Below, piece after piece: positions 21,210 through 31,322 of a stretch of DNA of 33,177 nt. The translations under genes and the position numbers were made by a program. Source of the stretch: Macrostomum lignano (Eukaryota). Within the stretch, counting starts at the first letter, position 1; every line of letters begins with the position of its first letter. The notes under the pieces are model-generated. The model saw nothing but the letters and a program-made list of their open reading frames with translations, did not search any database and was not told the origin of the DNA. The stretch covers positions 1 to 33,177 of the forward strand of contig NIVC01002237.1 of assembly GCA_002269645.1 (NCBI GenBank), written 5' to 3'.

Positions 21210-23754
21210 TTACTTACTTACTTACTACCGACGGGGGGCAGAGCGCCGCGAACAGGCCGCGAGGCCCCTATCGCAACCCCAAGCTAAACAGAAACAGAAA
21301 GGCGTTAGCCTTGGGGCTGCGCCCACCCCTCGCCGGCAGAAGAGCTCGCGAGAGTGGCGTCTGCGATTTTCATCCGCCCAGAATCCCGAACGAATGCACG
21401 TAGATCACGGATACGGTCCGGAGTGGTGAGCTCGTCAAGCCTTAGCGGGTGACCGAGGTGACGCCTCCGCGCCTCGTTGAAGTGCGGGCAGAAAGTGACG
21501 TGGTGCGTCGAGGTTTCCTCCTCTAAATCACAGAATGGGCAGATAGGGGAGCAGCCACTTTGCAGTGAAATATGTCTCTGGAAGAAGCCATGGCCAGTAA
21601 TGACCATGCACATCTCCCTCAGGTCAGTTTTACTTAAGGAGATTAGATATTCGGATACTTTCCGGTTAATGGCAGGCATAGCCTTTCGTGCTTGCCGGTA
21701 TTCGGAGCAGCTGTCCCAGTGAGTCTGATGCTGGCGGTTCAGCCAATCTTGAATGGCGCGGTTGATTGATGACTTCGGAGAAGGTAACTTAACTGAGCGT
21801 TGCGCTCCATCAGGGGTGCAACCCCGCTTGGCAAGCTGATCCACAAGCTCGTTGCCGAGGATGTTGCTATGGCCTGGTGTCCAGATAACATTGATCCTGT
21901 TGAGAATCGCTAGGGTCTGCAAGCTTTTGAGGCAGTCTGAGACTGACTTGGTTGAGAGCTTGATAGAAGACAAGGCCTTAATAGCGGCCTGGCTGTCAGA
22001 GTAAAAATAAATGTCAAAGCTGCTGATGCCAGCTTTGTGCAAATGCTCAGCGCACTGGTTGATAGCTACAACTTCGGATTGAAAAACCGAGACATTCTCA
22101 CCAAGATGAAGACTCTCTTGTAAGATCGCTTCACCCTTGTGGAAAATGGCAATGCCTGCACCAGCGAGACCGTCACGCAGGGATCCGTCAGTGAAGCAGT
22201 GAATACCCTGGCTTCTCCGGTTGATGCCTACGTCCAGCGGGTGACTCCCTCTCGGTGGAAGAGTACACTTGAAGCCCCTCCTGAGGATGAGAGTGGGGGA
22301 TTTGCAGTCCACCTCGTCTAAATTGAGGTGGATGCGTTGAAGATCGCGACGGATATAGTCCAGATGTGGGAAAAGAGTCTTCTCAGGCATGAAGCCCGAG
22401 GGCGTGTTAGCAATAAATTTATCACAGATGAGTCGCGCGGCGCCCTTCATCGCCTCAGCTCTAATGAACAAATGCAGCGGAGGCATGCTGAGGATGGTGT
22501 TGAGCCCCTCGTAAGGGGTGGATGGATACGCACCGCTGATGGCTCGGCAGATGTTACCCTGCAGCTGGTACAACCGGTCCCGTACAGTCTTCAACTCCAA
22601 CGCACTGGACCAGATAACACACGCGTAGGTGATACTGGGCCGAACGATGCCGGTGTAAATCCATCTGACCGTCTTGGGAGAAAGACCCCAAGTAGGCCCG
22701 ATGGCTCTCCTCACCTGCGCAAAGCAGCGCCTGGCGCGCCCGATGACATTGTCAGCGTGCTTGGTCCAACGCAGATCGTGGGTGAGCGTCACACCTAGAT
22801 ACTTAGTTTCCTTGACTAAGGGTATGTCCTTACCGTAGATGGTGAGGTTCCGCATGCTCCACTTCCGCTTCCTGGTGAAGATAATGGACACCGTCTTAGC
22901 GGTGCTAATGGTTAGGCCGTGCCGGGTAGCCCAGGCTTGCGCCTTATCGGCGAACTGCTGCATTAAGCTTCGGAGGGTACTGGTGTCAGGGCCACTGACA
23001 ATAGCAGCGACATCATCAGCGTAGCCAGCCTTGACTATGCTGCTGGGGACGTCAGCCGTCAGGAGCTCGTCCATCACGAGATTCCAGAGCAGCGGGGTGA
23101 GCACTCCACCTTGGGCTCCGCCCTTAGTAACCGTGTGAGTGCAGGTGGCATCCATGAGGGAGGAAGTCACCTTCCTGTTCCGGATCATAAAGTCGATCCA
23201 ACGCACAATGCTGGGTCGGACCTTTTTCTGCAAAAGGGAGTCACTGAAGGAGCCAAACAAAACGTTATTGAAGGCCCCGTCGATATCGCAGAAAAGCCCA
23301 CAGGCAATCTGCTTACTCAGGATAGCTTTCTCAATGGCTGAGGTAATAACATGCAAAGCGTGCTCGGTGGTTTTACCTGGCTGGAAGGCGAATTGGTGCT
23401 TACTTATGGGTGCCGTCCTTAACTCGCAGTCGCGCAGCCTCCACAAGATGAGTCTCTCCATCAGCTTAATGCAGAAGGATGTAAGGCTGATGGGGCGGAA
23501 AGATTTCACATTAGTATAGTCGCCTTTGGCAGGCTTGGGGATGAAGACCACCCGAGCGGTCCTCCAGATAGTGGGAATGTACCCAGTGGTGAAACAGTCA
23601 ATGATGAGCTTAGAGAAAAAGGCAGAGAAGCTCTGCAGCTTAACCGCTTCCTGGAGAACACAGGGGGCGATATTGTCAATGCCGGGGGCTTTGAACGGCT
23701 TAAAAGTGTTGGCGGCCAGCTGAATTAAGCTAAGTGCGCCACCAAGAGCTTAAT
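21210..23754 (-). mobile_element. 5'-truncated non-LTR retrotransposon (LINE), LOA/I-group-like, antisense in PMCA intron 12
   Basis: RT + RNase H + CCHC ORF and a (GTAA)n tail on the - strand (TTAC x5 at 21206-21225, the first copy shared with the target). Target-site duplication TCAGCTGACACAAGTTAC at 21192-21209 and 23755-23772. No endonuclease or ORF1 present. Confidence 0.93.
21305..23749 (-). CDS. Partial LINE ORF2: reverse transcriptase, RNase H, C-terminal zinc knuckle
   Basis: The frame is open upstream of the track's start, from 23749 (..[31 protein letters not shown]..). RT motifs [33 protein letters not shown]. RNase H motifs FTDGS, SEVVAI, SDSQAA, WTPGH..GNELVD.LAK. Zinc knuckle CPFC-X8-H-X4-C. 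Stop at 21305-21307. No internal stops or frameshifts. Confidence 0.92.
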   Translation of the reverse strand, partial: ALGGALSLIQLAANTFKPFKAPGIDNIAPCVLQEAVKLQSFSAFFSKLIIDCFTTGYIPTIWRTARVVFIPKPAKGDYTNVKSFRPISLTSFCIKLMERLILWRLRDCELRTAPISKHQFAFQPGKTTEHALHVITSAIEKAILSKQIACGLFCDIDGAFNNVLFGSFSDSLLQKKVRPSIVRWIDFMIRNRKVTSSLMDATCTHTVTKGGAQGGVLTPLLWNLVMDELLTADVPSSIVKAGYADDVAAIVSGPDTSTLRSLMQQFADKAQAWATRHGLTISTAKTVSIIFTRKRKWSMRNLTIYGKDIPLVKETKYLGVTLTHDLRWTKHADNVIGRARRCFAQVRRAIGPTWGLSPKTVRWIYTGIVRPSITYACVIWSSALELKTVRDRLYQLQGNICRAISGAYPSTPYEGLNTILSMPPLHLFIRAEAMKGAARLICDKFIANTPSGFMPEKTLFPHLDYIRRDLQRIHLNLDEVDCKSPTLILRRGFKCTLPPRGSHPLDVGINRRSQGIHCFTDGSLRDGLAGAGIAIFHKGEAILQESLHLGENVSVFQSEVVAINQCAEHLHKAGISSFDIYFYSDSQAAIKALSSIKLSTKSVSDCLKSLQTLAILNRINVIWTPGHSNILGNELVDQLAKRGCTPDGAQRSVKLPSPKSSINRAIQDWLNRQHQTHWDSCSEYRQARKAMPAINRKVSEYLISLSKTDLREMCMVITGHGFFQRHISLQSGCSPICPFCDLEEETSTHHVTFCPHFNEARRRHLGHPLRLDELTTPDRIRDLRAFVRDSGRMKIADATLASSSAGEGWAQPQG

Positions 23755-23916
23755 TCAGCTGACACAAGTTACCTGGATGGGGTTCTGTCAGCTGACACAA
23801 GTTACCTGGATGGGGTTCTGTCAGCTGACACAAGTTACCTGGATGGGGTTCTGTCAGCTGACACAAGTTACCTGGATGGGGTTCTGTCAGCTGACACAAG
23901 TTACCTGGATGGGGTT
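23755..23916. repeat. 33-bp minisatellite, right part (same array resumed after the LINE)
   Basis: Partial unit, 4 full G-variant units, then a partial unit. Confidence 0.97.
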
Positions 23917-24003
23917 TGCCGCTAAAGTATTTATAGAGATCTATAGAAAGTTGCACAAATGAAACAATGATTTCTATTCATCCCAAACGCGCCATTGCCG
24001 CAG

Positions 24004-24195
24004 TTGGTGATCACAGTGCCAATCTCTGTCCTGCCTTCGTGCCTGGAGATTGGCGGCAGCACGGAACAGGAGATCGAACAGATCCTCGAGGAGGAGCAGT
24101 ACGACCAGATGGCCTCGCTCACGGATGTTGAATCGGATATTAACAAGAAGGGACAGGTGTTGTGGATCCGAGGCTTGGCTCGGCTGCAGACGCAG
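24004..24195 (+). CDS. PMCA: PMCA coding exon 13 (first half of calmodulin-binding domain, ends at splice site C)
   Basis: Acceptor TTGCCGCAG|TTG. Encodes LVITVP..KKGQVLWIRGLARLQTQ, matching PMCA GQILWFRGLNRIQTQ. Phase-0 donor CAG|GTAAGA at 24196, the conserved site-C position. Confidence 0.94.
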
Positions 24196-24480
24196 GTAAG
24201 ATGCTGTTCTATCACTGTTCTGTGTCTCTATCTACCTCTGATAATTTTTGTCATTGAATTTTTATCTAAACGAGTTATAAAACTATTGATGGCCAACGTG
24301 TTCCCAGAATAACGAGAAAATCATTCGATTCAGAGAAGGATCCAGAGTTTAGCAATCTTCAAATAGCTATATTTAGTCCCTTGTTCGTCCTTACTGAGCA
24401 GTGGCTTGTATAAGCGCTTTATGTGCCGTTCTGTATTCTGTATTGCTCACTACACTGATCTTGCTATTGTTAGATGGGTT

Positions 24481-24960
24481 GGGGAGAATAGGGAGAAGAG
24501 AGGTTAAGGGTAATAAAGGAGAAGAGAGGTTGAGGCGAATGAAGGAGAGGAGAGGTTGAGGGGAATAAAGGCGAGGAGAGGTTGAGGGGAATGAAGGAGA
24601 GGAGAGGTTGAGGGGAATAAAGGCGAGGAGAGGTTGAGGGGAATGAAGGAGAGGAGAGGTTGAGGGGAATAAAGGAGAGGAGAGGTTGAGGGGAATGAAG
24701 GAGAGGAGAGGAGAGAGTTAAAAGGGAATGAATAGAGGAGAGGAGAGAGTTAAAGGGGAATGAATAGAGGAGAGGAGAGAGTTAAAGGGGAATGAATAGA
24801 GGAGAGGAGAGAGTTAAAAGGGAGTGAATAGAGGAGAGGAGAGAGTTAAAGGGGAATGAATAGAGGAGAGGAGAGAGTTAAAGGGGAATGAATAGAGGAG
24901 AGGAGAGAGTTAAAGGGGAATGAATAGAGGAGAGAAGAGAGGTAAAGGGGAATGAATGGA
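24481..24960. repeat. Purine-rich compound minisatellite (GAGGAGAGGTTGAGGGGAAT.. grading into GAGGAGAGGAGAGAGTTAAAGGGGAATGAATA)
   Basis: Read directly; the + strand is mostly G/A. Confidence 0.92.
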
Positions 24961-25196
24961 GCAGAGCGCGATAGGAAACGAGAGAAAAGAGAAGAAATGA
25001 GAAAGAGAGTACAAATAATTGTAAATGAAAAATTCATATCCAATTTGTGTCGACGTGGAAGAGCGCAGAAATGTTGCTCCCATCCACACACATTCTTTCT
25101 GGTCCCATAATGCCTTACACCGGAATATGGAGTAAGCTAAGAGAGAAGGAGACGCCTGAGACCGTTGCAATCCGCAATTCTCGCTCCAATTTGCAG

Positions 25197-25283
25197 CCGC
25201 TGTCCCCGGCCCAATTGGCGGCCGTCAGGCGATTTAGCGTCGCTGGCATGGCGACTTTAGCCAAGCTTTTCCGCGAAGCTAAG
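25197..25283 (+). CDS. Possible alternative exon at PMCA site C (uncertain)
   Basis: Acceptor CTCGCTCCAATTTGCAG| in phase 0, then GC-rich PLSPAQLAAVRRFSVAGMATLAKLFREAK. The candidate donor AAG|GTTGTT is weak; otherwise the frame runs to a stop at 25496. Confidence 0.25.
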
Positions 25284-26395
25284 GTTGTTAAAAAATCTAA
25301 TTTGTGTCCGCGGGGGTCGTTCGCTGGGGATTGGAGGGTTCGGGACGGGGGTGGCGGTTACAGAATGGGTCCATTCTATCGATCAATATCTAATTTCATT
25401 TTTGCTTGCACAATGCGCCATACACTACTACTGCTCAGTAGGAATGAAAGCATTCTTCTCTTTGGAGCTTCTTTTAGTCTGTCAAAAAGTATGTGAATTA
25501 TACGGAAAATTGGATTTCTGTTCGAAATTAAATTTCAGTTCAAATCACGTTAAACGTTTTATAAAATTTATATCATCAATAATAATTATGCGGTGTCATT
25601 TTCCTGGTGAAAGACAACAACCTGTGTTTGCACGATCGGAAAAATGACCTAATCCGCATTTTTTACAAAACTTAACTGGTGCATTTAAACAAAACTTTTA
25701 TTCTTTATCAAGGTTACGTAATTAGATTACGTAATAGAATAAATATTACAAACTACTTTAATGAGAAGCTTATAGCCGCCGCTGCTGCAATGCAATTTGT
25801 TAACCATCTTTTCTTACTTTGATTTGCTAATCGATTATTTTTTTAATTTGCTGGACCCGTGCCAATCTTGATTTTTGTTATTGCCGATCTGTGTGCCAAT
25901 TTAATATGCGCTTAGTTAAGCATTATTTTTACTTTGCTTTATTTTCCACCTTGATTGTAAAGTGAGTGTTATTTTAAAAAAACAATAGTAATTTAAATTA
26001 ATAATGTCTGTTGGAGATAGATTTATTATTTTTCTATATCAATTTTGGTAATTTTGGTAATATTGAAATTAAAACGATGAACTTGTCTTTATTTGAGTTT
26101 GTATTTAATAAAGTGCTTTCAATCACTAACCGTATTATTTGCTATGCTCAGCTTATAACGCCTAGATCTGTGCTAAACCACAACAAAATGGCAGTCAAGC
26201 CCAGTGAGCCCTAGTGGCTTTGATTTATCTGTGTGACCATCTGCAACAATCGCAGTCGGGACTCAAGGACTACTCAAGTAGATGGACGGGAAACTAATGT
26301 CACAAAATTTAGGATTCTGTTACATGCAAATGTGTAACAGAGTAACAAAATAGATTTCTAAAACCAATGAGTCGATAATTAAGCATAATCCTAAT

Positions 26396-26786
26396 TTTCT
26401 AAACGAGATGCTTTGTGAGTATTAATAGAGCTATGAGGAAGGCAAGGCATCGAAATATGAACACTGGGTCTGCCTCCTATCAATAGCAATAGCACTTTAT
26501 GTGCTGAAAAAGGAATTTATTCTATCTCTGTAGTATACTTTTACAGTAAAACCTCAAGGACTACTCAAGTAAACATATATATAGGACGCTACACTCGAAA
26601 TCTATGGTAAATATTTTGAAGGCAACTTTTCGCCGAAAAAATACACTACAGAGATAGGAGGTTTTAATTTTTTCAGCACATAAATTGTTATTGCTTTTGA
26701 TAGGAGGCAGATCCAGAGTTCATCTTTTGATATGTTGTGCCTTTCTTATTTCTCTATCGATATTCATGAAGCTTTTCGTTTAGAAA
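26396..26786. repeat. Imperfect ~150-bp inverted repeat (foldback), probably a DNA-transposon relic
   Basis: Arms about 26396-26542 and 26636-26786. For example, GTCTGCCTCCTATCAATAGCAATAGCACTTTATGTGCTGAAAAA pairs with TTTTTCAGCACATAAATTGTTATTGCTTTTGATAGGAGGCAGAT. Confidence 0.8.
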
Positions 26787-29700
26787 TAGTTTTAAAGGCA
26801 GGTTTCACCGGAAAAAGACACTACGGAGATAGGAAATTTTACGATTTTCAACACTAAAACAGTGATTGGGTCTCTTAACAGTGTCAGAGAAAGTTCTAAT
26901 CACACTATTTTGTGCCTCACATGCTGCTCTAACGACGCATTAATCGATTTTTCATGTTAAATTGGTCTTGTCATTATTTTAAACGTTTTTTCAAGTGACA
27001 GACCAATTTAACATGAAAAATTTGCAGATTTTTTTCGCCTTTTGCGGATTTCATTTTCATCAGTTAAGACAAAATATTAAGTTGGGCATACCCGTAAGAT
27101 AATCAATGCCACTAGAGACGATTGGGTGCGACTTTGCTAGCTATAACTAGCCAATTGACTATGTTGCTTTTGTCTGTCTCTGTGCTGCTTGCAGTCAAAG
27201 CATCCGTGCTAATGCTTATTGTTACTGTTAAGACTCCATTGTTGTACGTCACTGTTGTCAATTCTTTCTTCTTATGCAATGAGGGTCCGGATTTACCTTA
27301 TACACATACAATTACCTGGAGTAAATTGCTAATATTACATACATGTAAAAAGCTTTTCAAAGTGAGGTTTGCAGTTTAGAAATATGGCTAATAATATACT
27401 CAGCAACGCATGATATCTCTTTATTTGTACCAACAGAAGACGAGTTATCGAATCTTCCAAAACTATGCAGCCACACAAAATTACTCGAAAGATTATTCCA
27501 ATATAATAATGTTTGTTTTGTACTGTTGCCCCAAGTTGACAACGAGAGATCAATCGCCTGTTGCTGCTGAGTTAATTATTTCCATCTATTAATTGCACTT
27601 TCAAAAGCTTGAGCCTGAACATCACAAACCCCTGCACCAGTCCCCGAATGTAAAGAACCTGATATCTGGCTTTTGACCGCCAGCTTGTACATTTTGTACA
27701 TGTGTACACGTATGTCTCGATCTACACTCCAATATGGGTAAAATTATTCCCGCGCGGATACTAAATTTGGAATCCGACAAAAGTGATAACTGAGCATGAA
27801 GAAGTCAACAAGCGGCCGTCAATATTCTCCGGTGTTACAAGTCAGACTCTGCCTCTCCGTAGTTAATCAAACAAAACGTAAGCAAATTCTGTATTTTTTA
27901 CTTATTCTTTTTAAAAATAACATCAACTTGCTCTAGTTAATTCATTTGCTTTAGCTGCATTTTTTACTATGAAAATTGGGGCTGGAGTACTGGAGTTTAG
28001 ACTTTGGAGGTACGAGCTATTATAGCTACTATAGTGTCAATTGTACATACAGGCCCTACCCCCTAACCCAAAACCACCCAGAGCCGTACATATATAATTC
28101 TGTATGCGTCCAAAACAAGTTTATTCTCTGCCCACCCCACTCACCAAGCCTTTGTACATTGGCTTTGTACACACAGCCCAAGGACCCATATAATAATCTT
28201 TCTTGCCCCAAGTCCACCCTCACAAGTCTGTGCCTCCCCTACGGCCTTTCGTGTTTAATTAAGTAAGCTTTGAATGTATTATGCACATGTATATCAATTA
28301 AACAATAGTCATTAAAATCAATAACTACATAGAACATGTATATCATGGCGTCTTATAATCCACAATTGAAAGCTAAATCCGCGTTCGTTAAATATGATTT
28401 AACGGATTTGGATTTCATCTGGACAATACAATGTTTAGTGATAAATATAGTCACAGTTTAAATAAGTTATAGAGTTATATATATGCAGTTATATCGTTAT
28501 AAATGTAAATAAAAGTAACGAATGAGTAAAAGTCTTAAGGTTGTAGTAGATACATGTAGATTAAAATCACAGCTGAATATTTGTCAATCGAATTTTTTAA
28601 AATGAAAAGTGGGGGGCGTAACAAATATAATTGTGAATATTGAATACTATTATTAAAAAATATTCTTATATATACTATCCATCATATTTACTGTTGTACC
28701 ACGATTAATACTCGCATATCCGAATAATCAACTACCGCATGCTAAAAAACTGCCAGCAATTTAATGTTCGCTTTTAAAAATGATTACATAACAAGCGTAT
28801 TATTTTAGCTTCGCTTTGACGTAGCAAATTTAAGTTTTGCGTTTCCATTATCGATAGCTACATTAAAAGTTGTTAGGTGATTAGCTATAGTTTATTATAA
28901 TTAATAAAAATATTCAGAAACGAAGCGATGTAAAATTAACAAAAGTGTTTAAAAAACATTTCTTAAACCGCGCCGTGCCGTCCGAGTTTAGTAATCCCAT
29001 CGAGTTGCCCGTATTATATAAACCAGTCGTTCCCTGTTTTTACTTTTTCTGTTAACTGCAAATCGTTACTCACCGTAGCACCTTATTTCGCAAAACTTAG
29101 ACTTATAATTAAAAGTAATCAGATTCTTTGCAATTTGCACTTTATAATTTAAATAATGCTAAATAGATAGCTCAACTTTTCATTAAACTAACAAATATGT
29201 TTAGCAATCTGCTATTATATAGTGACAAATTGATTTGATTTCATCTGAAACCATTGCACACGTTTTGCTTCGTCATGCTCATATTAACCTGGAATATTGT
29301 TACGTAGTTTGTAATCTAACTATACTCAATGATAAATATCACATTTATCTTAATCGAAGCAAAATACAAGTAGAAAATTGTTTCTTTATTAAACATTTCC
29401 TAATAAAACTGCATGGTTGATAGACCAGTATAACAAAACAATCGTATTCAAACTTATACATAAATATCTAAAATATAGATATCTAAAAGATCACAAGAAA
29501 ATGTGCTGTCAATACGATATTTATATAGTAATATATTTATGCCATCTATATCGCTACCATATGTAACCACTGTAAGTTTATATATATAATAAGTTAAAAC
29601 CAATACTACTACCAATATATATTGTTATGGGTTTGAGTATACAGAACTTCAAGTAGAAGGATGGATCGCTCAACACGCAACACTAAGACATGTTATAAAT

Positions 29701-30104
29701 CTCTGGCCAATAAAAATTAGAAGGCCGGTTTTTTAATAAAATTCCATTCTTCTACTGCTACTACGTAGTTATTAAAAATACCTCAGTCATGTGGCATGCG
29801 GGTTTTAAATAGCGCACTTACAAAATTACCACATGTATCTTATAGCAATACGTCATTTTCCTGCATATGACATTTTTTATTCGGTTTTTCGAGCCAATTT
29901 TTTAAGCCGAAATCGGATGCATTCTCCGATGAGTGATCTTATCTGCTAGCCTAGCAAACTCACTATTGGGAACCAACCTCTCTAACCTCACTGAATCCTT
30001 AAAGTGGTGTTCCTGACACCTACAGCGCCATTCTTGACACCGGGGCTGTTACCAGCGTACTGATACTTGAAATTTTGTCATTTGACTAGGTATAGATTGC
30101 AAAT

Positions 30105-30888
30105 TTTCAACGCTCAGACAGGTATTCTTCCTGATATCTCAATTGTCAACGCTTAAACAGGTATTCTTCCTGACATCTCAATTAAGTGTCAACACTCAAA
30201 CAGGTATTCTTCCTGACATCTCAATTGTCAACGCTTAAACAGGTATTCTTCCTGACATCTCAATGAAGTGTCAACACTCAAACAGGTATTCTTCCTGACA
30301 TCTCGATTGTCAACGCTTAAACAGGTATTCTTCCTGACATCTCAATTAAGTGTCAACACTCAAACAGGTATTCTTCCTGACATCTCAATTAAGTGTCAAC
30401 ACTCAAACAGGTATTCTTCCTGACATCTCGATTGTCAACGCTTAAACAGGTATTCTTCCTGACATCTCAATTAAGTGTCAACACTCAAACAGGTATTCTT
30501 CCTGACATCTCGATTGTCAACGCTTAAACAGGTATTCTTCCTGACATCTCAATTAAGTTTCAACACTCAAACAGGTATTCTTCCTGACATCTCAATTAAG
30601 TGTCAACACTCAAACAGGTATTCTTCCTGACATCTCGATTGTCAACGCTTAAACAGGTATTCTTCTTGACATCTCAATTAAGTGTCAACACTCAAACAGG
30701 TATTCTTCCTGACATCTCAATTAAGTGTCAACACTCAAACAGGTATTCTTCCTGACATCTCAATTAAGTGTCAACGCTTAAACAGGTATTCTTCCTGACA
30801 TCTCAATTAAGTGTCAGCACTCAAACAGGTATTCTTCTTGACATCTCAATTAAGTGTCAACGCTCAAACAGCTTTATTCTTCCTGACA
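30105..30888. repeat. 39/43-bp two-variant minisatellite (ACAGGTATTCTTCCTGACATCTC..TGTCAAC..), intron 13
   Basis: About 18 units of short (39) and long (43) types. Confidence 0.95.
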
Positions 30889-31322
30889 GAAGAAGGGTAG
30901 ACACAAAAATGCCATCGTTGGTACCTGCAGTGCCATTCCTAACACCCGATCGAGGCGTCATTGTTTTTTACACCTTGAGTGCTGTTTTTGACACACTAAA
31001 TCGCAGTTACTAACACTTAAAATGATTCCTATCCAATTGTTAAAAGGTCTCTCTTTAACAGCCCCAATTGTTTGTATGCACTGATCTGATCAGGCTTAAT
31101 TGTCATTTTCTCGTAAGTTCACGGGAAGGGGTCTTCTTCCAGAGCGCTTGGATGCCCTAAGAGCGCTAGCGGATTAAGTGAAAACTCATCGGCTTATTCA
31201 TTCGATTGAGGTTTAGTAGCGGCCAACCCGACTCAATACATGTGCTAATAAGACGCGCCCAATCCGCAAACCCCTTTACAATTTCCCTCACCTTTCATTT
31301 GTCAACAACAACAACTGTACAG

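Noticed and set aside
21477-23723. Several + strand ORFs overlapping the LINE
   Set aside because: Antisense shadows of the GC-rich RT/RNase H frame with no recognisable motifs.
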